Shown here: one piece after another, positions 30,971 through 41,288 of the stretch | Position numbering within the stretch: the stretch's first letter is position 1 | Layout: each line of letters opens with the position of its first letter | Assembly (NCBI GenBank): GCA_003707115.1 | Contig: PPNB01000004.1 | Span: 124,001-188,000 of the forward strand | Source: Tortispora ganteri | Taxonomy: Eukaryota | Reading direction: 5' to 3' | DNA: 64,000 bases | Made by a program: the position numbers and the translations under genes | Notes under the pieces: generated by a model | The model's database searches: none | Seen by the model: the letters and a program-made list of their open reading frames with translations, nothing else | What the model was told of the DNA's origin: nothing

Positions 30971-31683
30971 TAATACTATAATATAGAGAAACACGTTAGT
31001 TTCAAAATGTGTCGTCTGCGAGGATGTGAAGAGAGGCAATAACAGTGACCAAACGAGTAGATACAAATAGGTTCCCTGATTTTAAGGAGAGTAAGCAATG
31101 TGTAGAGGAACCAAAGACAAGAACTATTTGAAATTGTTACCTAATATACCCAAAACGCAAAGATCGGCTTAACTAAGTAAAGAACCAACTAAAGATTATT
31201 GGAAACGGTATGATGATTAAAATATTAGATATACCACGGTTCCATGTGGTAAAACAGCTATTAAAGCAGTAATTCAAAGAATTGCTTGTTGATCTCAAAT
31301 GAACTGGTAATTAAGCTACTATCCAAATGAAAAATATATTCCACGAAATCAAAGCAAATTTTGTGTTAAGATACCGTTAGAGATCGTTATTCACTTAAGA
31401 GAATATTGAATTTTCTTAAGTATTGACTTGTGAGGTAGAGACACAAAGTCAAATATAGTAGCTAAGGCTAACAAGTCTGTAAACAGACCTCTGACGCACA
31501 AAGAGCCTTCTTTCATGTAGTAAAATAACGATGATCAAACATTGACAGAGATTTGAATATTATAAATACTATTACTTGACATTTGTAACTAGATGTTGCT
31601 CATTTTTTCATCAAAAGATGTATTTATCAGCATGTTTAAAATTCGGATTATGTATAATTGGCGAATAAACTTTACTGTTTCCT

Positions 31684-31764
31684 GGGAAGATGGCCGAGTG
31701 GTTATGGCGCTAGGTTCAGGTCCTAGTCACGCAAGTGTCGTGGGTTCGAATCCCACTCTTCTCA
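31684..31764 (+). tRNA. tRNA-Leu(CAG), intronless
   Basis: Acceptor GGGAAGA/TCTTCTC with discriminator A, D-arm TGGCCGAGTGG, anticodon arm CTAGG-TTCAGGT-CCTAG with G37, variable arm CAC-GCAA-GTG, T-arm GTGGG-TTCGAAT-CCCAC, T-run at 31770. Confidence 0.95.
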
Positions 31765-31988
31765 AGATATTTTTGTTGATTTTGTCAGTAGAAACGTTAT
31801 TTACTTTTTGTCTCGGATTATCTGATAAATATTTGTTTCTGTATATTCTACCTATATTGCCCGCTTTTTCCTTGTCAGGTTTGTGAAATCGAGATCTTGT
31901 TGACTTCGATCCGTCTAGTGTTACCTCAAGAACAGCGCACGCGAACTAAGCACTTTTCAATTCACACAACACTTTTGCATACATCTTT

Positions 31989-33002
31989 ATGGATACAGTA
32001 CCATTAGGATCTCAAAATGATGACTTAAGTAATGGATTTAATTTATTTGGTTTTCCAATACAGCCATTAGTTACGCTAGTCCTCGCATTTTCTCCTATCA
32101 TGTCTTGGGGTGACACAATATACGCGATTCATAGAAGAAAATCGTCCGCAGGCTTGTCCTTGGACCTTTGTGGAATAATGTTGTTTTCATCTGTTCTTCG
32201 GATATTCTTCTGGTTTGGAAACCCATTTAATGATGCATTATTAATTCAGGCAGTTACCACTGCTTTGACGCATACAGCTTTCCTTTATCTTGCCCTGAAA
32301 TATCGGCCGATAGAGGAGCCAATGATCCAAAACAAAACTGAATTAAGCACCATTGAGCCGAGTGTTTCTTTTGACGATAACAAATTAGTATCAGATCGAA
32401 TTGATCTTTTCAACAATAAGTCTGCAAGTGCGAATTCTTCTTCACGAATCCGACACCAGAATCTTAACGGTGCGCCGAGCAACATTAGTACTCCTCATTT
32501 GTGGAAACCTGTTGGTGCCTCAGCTTCCTTATTCAATCCAAATGAACCTGCTAAAGTTTTGTCTATTTCAATGCTTAAATCACCATTAGATATTCTTGCT
32601 TCGTTGAAGCGGCCCTACTCGATTTGGTTATGGAATGAACCTGTAATATACTGGAAGTTTCTCACAGGATTTATTGCTACGTTACTCATGTTACAACTAA
32701 TTTTCGGCTGGTCATCCACATATATTGATACAGTCGGCTTTCTATCAACATTAATGGAAGCTTTTCTTCCGGTTCCTCAAATGATCAAAATTCACACATC
32801 TCAGAATTCAGAAGGTATTAGGTTCTCGTTAATAGGCAGTTGGCTATTAGGTGACCTTATGAAAATCATCTTCTATTATAATGGTTCGAACATTTCTCTT
32901 CAGTTCAAACTCTGCGCCTTGCTGCAAGCATTCTTTGATATATGTATAACGTATCAAACTTTGCAATATAGAAAAAGCTCAAGGTCGTTGTTGCCAATTT
33001 GA
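31989..33002 (+). CDS. ANY1: PQ-loop membrane protein (Any1/Cfs1-like)
   Basis: SSAGLSLDLCGIMLFSSVLRIFFWFG, EAFLPVPQ, SWLLGDLMK. Confidence 0.8.
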   Translation: MDTVPLGSQNDDLSNGFNLFGFPIQPLVTLVLAFSPIMSWGDTIYAIHRRKSSAGLSLDLCGIMLFSSVLRIFFWFGNPFNDALLIQAVTTALTHTAFLYLALKYRPIEEPMIQNKTELSTIEPSVSFDDNKLVSDRIDLFNNKSASANSSSRIRHQNLNGAPSNISTPHLWKPVGASASLFNPNEPAKVLSISMLKSPLDILASLKRPYSIWLWNEPVIYWKFLTGFIATLLMLQLIFGWSSTYIDTVGFLSTLMEAFLPVPQMIKIHTSQNSEGIRFSLIGSWLLGDLMKIIFYYNGSNISLQFKLCALLQAFFDICITYQTLQYRKSSRSLLPI

Positions 33003-35222
33003 ACTATCATATGACACAACGTTACCAATACTAGAGATTACTCTAGTAGCCATAGCATCCATAACACCTTGCGGATGTATTATGCTAGGAGGTGCGGGAG
33101 GGTTTTCTTGGACTTTGAATAAACTAACGGCAGTACCAGCAAATAAACTTGGCGCTATCCCTTTAGATAACTCAGTCTCAGCTTCAAATACACATGCCCA
33201 CATGAGCCCTAAATTCCAAGCTACTAAATCGGGGTTCCATTCGAAAGGCTCAATCGGTACAGGTTCAATTTCGACTGATAATGGCAATCTCATATTTGAT
33301 TTTAAAAACAATGCAAATTCATATATATCCATAGCGTTCAGCATGTTCACAGGATCTTTAGGATCTTTAACCATACTCGTAGCCTTAGGATATTCCTGCT
33401 GCTTCACTGTCGATTTTCCCATCGAGGTATGTTTGTTGGCGACAAAAATGGCAGCCTGATAATCCACCACTTCAATGATACTACGAATAGTATCCAAAGG
33501 GAGATTATTCAAAGTTTCACAAGCATGTGTCCATTCATCATCTACCTCTTGAGCTGATCTGCTGTTAGTTGGTGTCAGATTCTCAGACCCACTTCGCGTT
33601 GTTATATAGTTGTCCTGCACTTTCCTATATTGTGTAACTTGATCTCCAAGTTTGTCTAAATTCTTGAACAAATAAGCATTTTTAGCCAAAGAAATAGCCA
33701 AATACGGATTCAGTTCAAGCTTGTACTGAAGAATTGTGTTGATGGATCGCAGTAAATGAAGCAATGTCATCGAAATCGAGATATTTAGAGCAGTATTCGT
33801 CGGGATAGACAGTAATTTAACTATGCGGCACATTTTCATCGATGCAAGATAAGAGATGTTTTCTAAATGAGGCGAAATACTTTGCCAAGCAGTAAAGAAG
33901 AAGCTGACGGAATGTGGACTTGTCTGTATAGCATTTTCTATAATGCTAGATAACATTACTATCATATATGAAGCGAATGAGCCTTGAAAAGAAGACTGCT
34001 TCATTTTAGGAGGGTATGGATACTCCCAAGATATGTTTTCATTAAGAGACTGCGCGAATTCATCATAACAAGAAAACATCTGTAGTATGTAAGCGATTAA
34101 GCGAACGAATCCTGGTTTCGGATTAACAGAAATTAAAGACCTTGCATGATTAATTAATAGCACAGTTATATGTAGTGCATCGCCAGTTTTGACAAGGTGG
34201 TGCAAGTACTTTTGATTGCAAGTGATTGTTTCCCAAAGTAGAACAGTACAAGTCAGAAGAGAAAAATGAGTGTATGAAGAGTGAGAGAAGTATGACTGCT
34301 CCAAGGATGAGGATAAGAACGACAAGAAAGTTTTCGTGAGCAAATCAAAATCGCCATCGCGATGTAGTTTGCCAAAATAACGACGATAGTTGTTTCGTGC
34401 AATAGTAGACGGATCGCGATATTGCAATTGAACAGGTTCTTGAGTGTACTGAATCAATATTAACAGAGTGGCTAGAGAATAGAATGTCAGATAAGAGGTC
34501 ATTTTATCACCGGTGTAGGCAGATATCCACGAAGCTTGGAATAAAGTACAAGTATTGATCAAAGAACACAACAATGTGTATACTTGTCGTTTGTTCGGGT
34601 CAGAAACTAGATAAGAAGTTGCGGGGCAAGAAAAGGATTTTGCAGAAGAGTACATGGGGCTTGAGAGTAAAGCTAGCAGTAAGCGAAGGATTTCCACTCT
34701 ATTGAAAATGCAATATGCTGGGGGATGTTGTATGTGCACACTGGCGTCAGAACCAATTCCAGGCTGCCAGAGCGAAAACCTCTGAGCTGAGTCAGGGAGA
34801 GTAAATCCAGGATAAAATAGCAAAACCAGGACTGAGTCTACTAACTTGGGACCATTAGAAGAGGGCGACACCCAATAATATTCGTTAAACCAAGATCGCA
34901 TCAGGGTTGATTCGTATAATGAAGGTAAAATCCGTGTTATTAGTCTAGCACAATTGAGAACATGGTTTGATTGAAACTTAGACTGATTTGTTAAGGAAAT
35001 TAACTTTGATATCAACACATTAATGAGAGTTTTAAAGTTGTCGGGGTGAGAGTCTCTTACGCGTCTTAAATCTGATACAGAAATAAAAGAGAACACTTCA
35101 GAAGAAGATTCAGGAACATTTAGTAGATTAGACCAAAACGGTTGATCATTCTCAATATCAGCTGCATCGTACAGTTTAAAAATAGTTTTTCTGAAAGTCA
35201 GTTTTGATTCATCTGCGCCCAT
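32979..35222 (-). CDS. HID1/Ecm30 (dymeclin-like) family protein
   Basis: Myristoylation-type start MGADESKLTFRK, LNCARLITRILP, NRVEILRLLL, LLCSLINT, LFKVQ. Confidence 0.85.
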   Translation of the reverse strand: MGADESKLTFRKTIFKLYDAADIENDQPFWSNLLNVPESSSEVFSFISVSDLRRVRDSHPDNFKTLINVLISKLISLTNQSKFQSNHVLNCARLITRILPSLYESTLMRSWFNEYYWVSPSSNGPKLVDSVLVLLFYPGFTLPDSAQRFSLWQPGIGSDASVHIQHPPAYCIFNRVEILRLLLALLSSPMYSSAKSFSCPATSYLVSDPNKRQVYTLLCSLINTCTLFQASWISAYTGDKMTSYLTFYSLATLLILIQYTQEPVQLQYRDPSTIARNNYRRYFGKLHRDGDFDLLTKTFLSFLSSSLEQSYFSHSSYTHFSLLTCTVLLWETITCNQKYLHHLVKTGDALHITVLLINHARSLISVNPKPGFVRLIAYILQMFSCYDEFAQSLNENISWEYPYPPKMKQSSFQGSFASYMIVMLSSIIENAIQTSPHSVSFFFTAWQSISPHLENISYLASMKMCRIVKLLSIPTNTALNISISMTLLHLLRSINTILQYKLELNPYLAISLAKNAYLFKNLDKLGDQVTQYRKVQDNYITTRSGSENLTPTNSRSAQEVDDEWTHACETLNNLPLDTIRSIIEVVDYQAAIFVANKHTSMGKSTVKQQEYPKATSMVKDPKDPVNMLNAMDIYEFALFLKSNMRLPLSVEIEPVPIEPFEWNPDLVAWNLGLMWACVFEAETELSKGIAPSLFAGTAVSLFKVQENPPAPPSIIHPQGVMDAMATRVISSIGNVVSYDSSNWQQRP

Positions 35223-35371
35223 TTACTATAACAATTTCGATCTTCGTAGTATAAACGTATTGATGATAAGTATCAGTTTTTGGTGGTGTTTAAAGGTTGG
35301 GCCTATTGGAATGTCAGTAAACTATTGGGAATTGCCTTAATAAGGGAAATGGATAATCTGTAACTGTCTCC

Positions 35372-35639
35372 GACGTCATTGTATTGTGGCTTGTATAAAT
35401 GTAATCTCTTGTTACTGTCAACTATACTCATATAGCCATAAGTTATAAACAGTATCTAATATCTACTCAAATGTGCGGTAGTGTGAAGTTATAGCATTAT
35501 GTCTCCATTTAGCAGGCCTGGATTAAGCAAGCCGGTTACGAAATACACATACCACATGGCGTCCTTAATAAGGTTTGGCGGGGACCCCTCCTTCAGAATT
35601 CTCCTAAGCTTTTTCTAGCCTTGCATATTCATTTAGGGG
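35372..35639. promoter_or_regulatory. CRE-like (GACGTCA) and two STRE (CCCCT/AGGGG) motifs upstream of the MAPKAP kinase
   Basis: GACGTCA 35372-35378, CCCCT 35585-35589, AGGGG 35635-35639. Short motifs, plausible mainly because of context. Confidence 0.3.
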
Positions 35640-35961
35640 AACCATTAGCTGTACTTGAAGGAAGGTCTGCAGCGAAAGCTGTTGTAATTATATATCAAAG
35701 TGTATAATTGCATATATTTATTATTTATATTTATATTTTTAGGGTTTAATATATTAATAGTTTGCTTTTCCTTTGCAAGCTTCCTTGTCAGCCCTGACTT
35801 ATCTATACCGTTATCGCGCGCACTGCCGTCCGATTTAAATTTTAGGTGAATCTTTATAATTGCTACACGGTTCTTTTTTCAGCCCAGATATTTTATCATA
35901 GGTGAGAGCATTACATTGTAAACTTTTTACAAACTTTGTGTCATAGCTAAGTGCAATTTCG

Positions 35962-37611
35962 ATGCAGAAATTTAAGAAATTATTGAAGCATAAGAAGGAA
36001 GAATCGATAATGGTAGACGGACGGGATCCGTTGAATGTTGAGGCGGTTTCCTTAACTCAAGAGAAAGCTGCGCTTAATGAAAATATTGTTATGGAGAATC
36101 CGCAACGAATAGACGGTAAATCTATAGCTTATTGGAATACCGATGCTGCTTCCGAGATGCCGATTTCACCTAGAACCGTCGACGAGATAAAGACTACGCG
36201 AAATTCTAAATCATCTCGCAGCTCTAAGACTTATGAGTATGCTGTATCACAGCTAATGTCTCCCTCTATCAAGAAATCGCATCCAGATATATACCCTGGG
36301 ATTGAGGAATGGCAGATCATGAACAAAATGGGCGAAGGCGCGTTTAGCACTGTATATAGAGCACGTCATCTTGTAACCAAAGAAGAGATAGCCATCAAAG
36401 TTGTGCAAAAGAAGAAGCTTACGAGAGCTCAACGACAAGCGATACTTAAAGAAGTAACCATTATGAGGCATATAGATAGCCCAAACGTTATAAAACTGAA
36501 AGGTTTTAAGGAATCAGTTGACTATTACTATGTTCTCTTGGAACTTGCGCCTGGAGGTGAGCTATTTCATCAGATTGTTCGATTGACCTATTTCTCTGAA
36601 GACCTAGCCCGCCATGTGATCATCCAAGTAGCTCACGCTATTCGACATTTGCACGAAGAGTGTGGAGTTGTTCACCGTGATATCAAACCAGAAAACATTT
36701 TGTTTTACCCGATTGACATGATCCCACACTCGGGTGACACGCCTAAAGTGGAATTAGCATACGATGATCCTGGAAAGGCAGATGAAGGAGGGTTCAGGCA
36801 AGGCATTGGAGGGGGCACTATTGGCGTCGTCAAAGTGGCAGATTTTGGATTATCTAAAGTCATATGGGACCTGCAAACCATGACACCTTGTGGAACTGTA
36901 GGATATACTGCGCCAGAGATTGTGCGAGATGAGAAATATTCTAAAGCAGTTGATATGTGGGCGCTGGGATGTGTTTTGTACACGATGTTGTGCGGATTTC
37001 CGCCCTTTTATGATGAATCTATAGAAGAATTAACTAGAAAAGTTGCTACGGGACAGTATACGTTTTTGTCGCCATGGTGGGATCATATATCGAAATCAGC
37101 GAAGGATCTCGTCTCTCACCTTCTCACGGTTGACCCGGAAAAGAGATATACTGTGAATGAGTTTTTGGCGCATCCTTGGATAACTAAATCGCAGGAGCCT
37201 ACAAAACCTGCCGTTGACGCGCCTCTGCAGAGCAGAGATGAAATTATAGAGATCAGGGATGAGACTCTTTCTAGAGTGCCAACACTGTTTGAAGAAGAAC
37301 GCGAAAAGCGGCAAAGGATTGATTGGACACCAGGTTCTGCGTCTTTACGAGATGGGTTTGACATTTCATATGCAGTTCATAGAATTGAAGAAGAGAAAAG
37401 ACGCAAAGCTAAATACGGATCTCAGCCAGGTATATTTGATCTAGAAGGGCTAAATGAGGAAGAAGAGGATCATGAAATGGTGACGGACACGAATAAAATG
37501 GGTCCACCAAATTCCAAGAAGAAAGGTCAATTTGATTTAAATATCAACCAATCAACAATTCTTGAGAGACGTCGTCAACTTCGAACAAAAGAAATGCCGG
37601 TCCAGGCATAA
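35962..37611 (+). CDS. RCK2: Stress MAPK-activated protein kinase (Rck2/Srk1 family)
   Basis: GEGAFSTV, GGELFHQIVRLTYFSEDLARHVI, Gly-rich insert DEGGFRQGIGGGTIG before DFG, TPCGTVGYTAPE. Confidence 0.9.
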   Translation: MQKFKKLLKHKKEESIMVDGRDPLNVEAVSLTQEKAALNENIVMENPQRIDGKSIAYWNTDAASEMPISPRTVDEIKTTRNSKSSRSSKTYEYAVSQLMSPSIKKSHPDIYPGIEEWQIMNKMGEGAFSTVYRARHLVTKEEIAIKVVQKKKLTRAQRQAILKEVTIMRHIDSPNVIKLKGFKESVDYYYVLLELAPGGELFHQIVRLTYFSEDLARHVIIQVAHAIRHLHEECGVVHRDIKPENILFYPIDMIPHSGDTPKVELAYDDPGKADEGGFRQGIGGGTIGVVKVADFGLSKVIWDLQTMTPCGTVGYTAPEIVRDEKYSKAVDMWALGCVLYTMLCGFPPFYDESIEELTRKVATGQYTFLSPWWDHISKSAKDLVSHLLTVDPEKRYTVNEFLAHPWITKSQEPTKPAVDAPLQSRDEIIEIRDETLSRVPTLFEEEREKRQRIDWTPGSASLRDGFDISYAVHRIEEEKRRKAKYGSQPGIFDLEGLNEEEEDHEMVTDTNKMGPPNSKKKGQFDLNINQSTILERRRQLRTKEMPVQA

Positions 37612-37810
37612 GTTTTAGTCGTTATATCATCTTTATAATTGGGAGAGAGTTGTGATTTGGATGGGAGGGTTGTGTCATTTTACTCTATTTTTCGATTATA
37701 CAGGAAAATTTCGCGGTGGAAGATTTTATACAGATCATAGTGTTTTAACGGAATATCATCTTAATTTATTTTGTAATACAAAGCGAATAATTATCATAAA
37801 TTTATTGAAT

Positions 37811-38059
37811 ATGCCACAGGGAAATTTTAAGATCAAGAAACCTGGCAAATCGCAGTCTAAAAAGATCGTGCCAAAAAAAGCGGCACCTAGACAGATTCAA
37901 CCCAAGAAAAAAGCTGCAGCTGAAGAAGTCAAATACAAAAGAAAATTGGATGCTATGTTGTTACAACAAACTGAAGAGCAATTATCAGCAAAAGCTAAAC
38001 ACTTGTCTATTATCAAGCAACGCAAATCTCAAAAAGAGACCAAATCAAAAAGGAAATAA
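37811..38059 (+). CDS. Small basic protein, UPF0390/DUF2462 (C19orf53-like), 82 aa
   Basis: MPQGNFKIKK...PRQIQPKK...TEEQLSAKAKHL pattern; ATG at 37811. Confidence 0.7.
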   Translation: MPQGNFKIKKPGKSQSKKIVPKKAAPRQIQPKKKAAAEEVKYKRKLDAMLLQQTEEQLSAKAKHLSIIKQRKSQKETKSKRK

Positions 38060-38213
38060 ATAGTATGGACAGGAGTCATCGATATCGCCATTTAATTCCT
38101 CATTTCTCCCAAAAGGTAGACCAGACGCAGCAACCCATTGTCTTTCTTCCTTTATACTGTTTCTCAGATTTGCGTGACATCTAACATTAACCGAATTTGG
38201 TACCTGATTTCTT

Positions 38214-39128
38214 ATGGCTCGTAGAAGATATACGACTACAGTCAAAGACTTTTCATCCAGTATAAACTCGTCTCAACCTTGGAGAAAGTTACTATGGGTA
38301 AAGCAACCGTATCCTGACAACTATGTTGATTGGAGCTTTTTGTCACGACTAGAACGCAATTCTCATGTAAAACGCTACAATTTCAGTACATTAAGCATCG
38401 CTGCAACCGCATTAATAGTTCATTGCAGTACAGTTCTCACGTTTATAGGTGCTTTCTGGTGTATTTATAACAATATATTAACTGCCTCTTCCGTAGCCGC
38501 AGTCTCTTCAATATCGATACTGGCATGTTTAATGCTAGTTTCTGATGTCAACGAAGTATTATCACTCAGATCTGCTATGACAATGGTAATTACAATCCTT
38601 GCACTATCACCTATTCTAAAATCACTCAGTCAGTCTACATCTTCGGATTCTATATGGTCAATTACTGGTTGGTTACTCCTTGCTAATATATGTCTTAACG
38701 ATTACGGTGCTCCCTCCAATATAAGAAGTTCTTTAGCTACTAATATCGCGTTTTCCGCAGCCATAGTATTGGCATCTCGATTGGGCTCTTCTCTTTCTGT
38801 ATTTTGTTTTATCTTATTTTCATTAGAACTGTTTGGCTTGATTCCGCTGATTTCTAAAACATTTTCTAAAACGAGCTATTGGATTGAGTACGTGCTAATT
38901 TTTTGGCTCATATCTACTGCCTTTGCATATACCATGGGTGGACAGTTACTTGTATTTTTTTGGATACTCATATCTTTTACGGCTACTGTGGTTGCCCCTC
39001 TGTGGTTAATACGTCTACAGAAATACAAAAATCAAATAAATGGGCCATGGGATCCTGCAAAACCCATAATTTCATCATCTAATAATTCTTCAGTTTCAAC
39101 AACAAATCTACCATCAAAAAATGCATGA
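38214..39128 (+). CDS. GPI2: GPI-GlcNAc transferase subunit PIG-C
   Basis: PWRKLLWVKQPYPDNYVD, LSPILKSLSQSTSSDSIW, VLASRL, LQKYKNQINGPWD. Confidence 0.94.
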   Translation: MARRRYTTTVKDFSSSINSSQPWRKLLWVKQPYPDNYVDWSFLSRLERNSHVKRYNFSTLSIAATALIVHCSTVLTFIGAFWCIYNNILTASSVAAVSSISILACLMLVSDVNEVLSLRSAMTMVITILALSPILKSLSQSTSSDSIWSITGWLLLANICLNDYGAPSNIRSSLATNIAFSAAIVLASRLGSSLSVFCFILFSLELFGLIPLISKTFSKTSYWIEYVLIFWLISTAFAYTMGGQLLVFFWILISFTATVVAPLWLIRLQKYKNQINGPWDPAKPIISSSNNSSVSTTNLPSKNA

Positions 39129-40052
39129 TCATGGGGATACTGAAGCAACAATCTTCGCCGAAGTATTTCCTAGCATGTACATGTCTCCAGAAACACTATT
39201 ACCGTCTTCGTTTTTCACATTAACATCATCGTCATCGCTAGACACATTCACAACTGCCAAAGACTCCACAAATGATGGATTCATGCCGGAATTAATCTCT
39301 AATATTTTCCCATCATTTAATTCCATTGTTACATTCCCTGATTTGTGCACGCGAAGTTTTCCGACCATCTTCTGCCCATAACCAGAAGATTCTTCTACTT
39401 TAACGGTATCACTTACCTCTTTTTCATCTAACATAGCAGCCAACACCGGTTTAGGTAGTTGAAATGAAAACAATTGTCTATCCAACGCGATCTTATTATT
39501 GGCATCTGGCATGAATTGATCTGCAACGGATTGAGTGGAATCGGCATCATATTTACCTGGGAGTGTAGGAAATAATGTTTGCGATGTAATATCCTTGTTT
39601 CCCTTGATAATCAAGCCCTTTTTATCACTTTCTTCATCGCTATCGTCTATATCCCGTTCAACCTTTATGCGGTTTCTGACGGGCTTGACATCTTCCATTA
39701 TCACATCGTCATCTTCTGTTTTTATCCGGGCTTCAAACGACGCTTTCGATCTCGCCTGGTATGATCTCGATATGTGGGATGGAGCTATCTCTTTCGGTGC
39801 TCCACCAAAGGGTCCCGACACCGGATTGATTCTGGTTCCAACTTGCTTTCTAACTTTATTGTTTTTATCGTTTTTACTGAAATTTTGGACTGTTTGCGCT
39901 CTGACTGGTTCCACTGAAGGCGGTGGAGCAGATGCATCTCTCTCCGATTTAAGTCTGCGCGGGATGATCTTAGGTTTGAACTTCAGCCCTGCACCGCCAG
40001 CACTTTTTGAGTCTACTTTGTCTAACGAATCTAATCGAGACGAGTTGTCCAT
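39129..40052 (-). CDS. RPC53: RNA polymerase III subunit C53 (RPC4)
   Basis: RLDSL, LKFKPK..RR, FQLP, VGKLRVHKSGNVTM, C-terminal KIVASVSP. Confidence 0.88.
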   Translation of the reverse strand: MDNSSRLDSLDKVDSKSAGGAGLKFKPKIIPRRLKSERDASAPPPSVEPVRAQTVQNFSKNDKNNKVRKQVGTRINPVSGPFGGAPKEIAPSHISRSYQARSKASFEARIKTEDDDVIMEDVKPVRNRIKVERDIDDSDEESDKKGLIIKGNKDITSQTLFPTLPGKYDADSTQSVADQFMPDANNKIALDRQLFSFQLPKPVLAAMLDEKEVSDTVKVEESSGYGQKMVGKLRVHKSGNVTMELNDGKILEINSGMNPSFVESLAVVNVSSDDDDVNVKNEDGNSVSGDMYMLGNTSAKIVASVSP

Positions 40053-40338
40053 GTGCCGTAAATTTTTTGTCGGTTTGTTGATCCCGTGGTAGCACTCTTG
40101 ATCGTTTCAGGAGAAAAAGACCTGCGCTGTGTAGGCCAGAAATGTGTATGAGTTGGTCACGTGTGAGGTTAGGGCTGTGCCAGGATTGAGCTTAAATGAC
40201 AAGACCTATCTATTAAAGCCTTCTCCGTAATTTTGCAATTCGCTCTCTGTCTGTGTCGCGCATTTCGCACTTAAATCACTATTTGGTTATTATCATTGTT
40301 TGTATTATTGTGGGGATAACGGTTTATTGTGGGGATCA

Positions 40339-41241
40339 ATGAAACTTACTACTCCTTCTTCGTCGGTGTCGAGCCAACCTCACTCCATCGCTGGTGCTCA
40401 TCGGGGATCGCCGAACGGCACAATTGAAAACTCGTTCCTTGCCATTAGCGAAGCTCTGAACAGTGGTGCTAAACTGCTCGAGGTTGATGTTCATGAATCT
40501 AAAGACAATGTGGTAGTTTTGTCACACGATCGAGACTGTAAGCGGTTGTTTGATTATGCGATGCCGATAATCGACTGCTACTACTACGGTGAACTCGACA
40601 AACTTAGATCAGTCGCATACCCTCACACACCTCTTGCTACTCTGCATGAAATTCTAGATCTGCTAGAAGAGGACGAGTATAGTGATGTGAAAATCATCTT
40701 GGACGTGAAATCGACCAATGGTATCGGTATATTCAAAGCAATGGCTGATACATTTGCTGAATATAAAGAAGAACGGTTTATCGGGAGAGTTATGATAGGT
40801 ATTAGTAATGTGAATTATCTTCCTTACTTTGATGAACACATGCCTTCATTTCAATTGCAGCATATTGGCGCTTCGGTGACCTATGCTATGAAATTCCTCG
40901 ATCATCCTCGCTTAACTAGCTTCAGCATGCTTAAATATTTCTATCTGTCAGCGAAAGGTAGACGTTTTACTCAAGATTGTTTAGAATCTAGTATTAAAAT
41001 GTATGCCTGGACTGTGAATGATGCCCCTATGGTTCACTTCCTTTGCCGAAACAATGTAACTGGAATTATTTCTGATAACTATGCCAAAACGGCCAACTAC
41101 ATAGAAGATTATTACAACGGACACTGCGTGACATGGACTTACGGCCAAAAAATTCGGTTAAGTATGCTAAGCGTCATATTTTCTTACGTGCTGGTTCCTG
41201 TGTACCAATGGTACAAAGCTGGTGGGTTTCACAAAGTATGA
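40339..41241 (+). CDS. PGC1: Glycerophosphodiester phosphodiesterase / phosphatidylglycerol phospholipase C-like
   Basis: AHRG, ENS, EVDVH.SKD.VVVLSHD, LDVK, AWTVN, GIISD, C-terminal TM. First ATG is 40339. Confidence 0.78.
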   Translation: MKLTTPSSSVSSQPHSIAGAHRGSPNGTIENSFLAISEALNSGAKLLEVDVHESKDNVVVLSHDRDCKRLFDYAMPIIDCYYYGELDKLRSVAYPHTPLATLHEILDLLEEDEYSDVKIILDVKSTNGIGIFKAMADTFAEYKEERFIGRVMIGISNVNYLPYFDEHMPSFQLQHIGASVTYAMKFLDHPRLTSFSMLKYFYLSAKGRRFTQDCLESSIKMYAWTVNDAPMVHFLCRNNVTGIISDNYAKTANYIEDYYNGHCVTWTYGQKIRLSMLSVIFSYVLVPVYQWYKAGGFHKV

Positions 41242-41288
41242 CAAAAGAGTTATTCAAGCATTTAATCACACACAATTCGTTATATTAT

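Noticed and set aside
31593..31886. 97-aa hydrophobic ORF
   Set aside because: It spans the tRNA-Leu gene and its T-rich flanks, so it is spurious.
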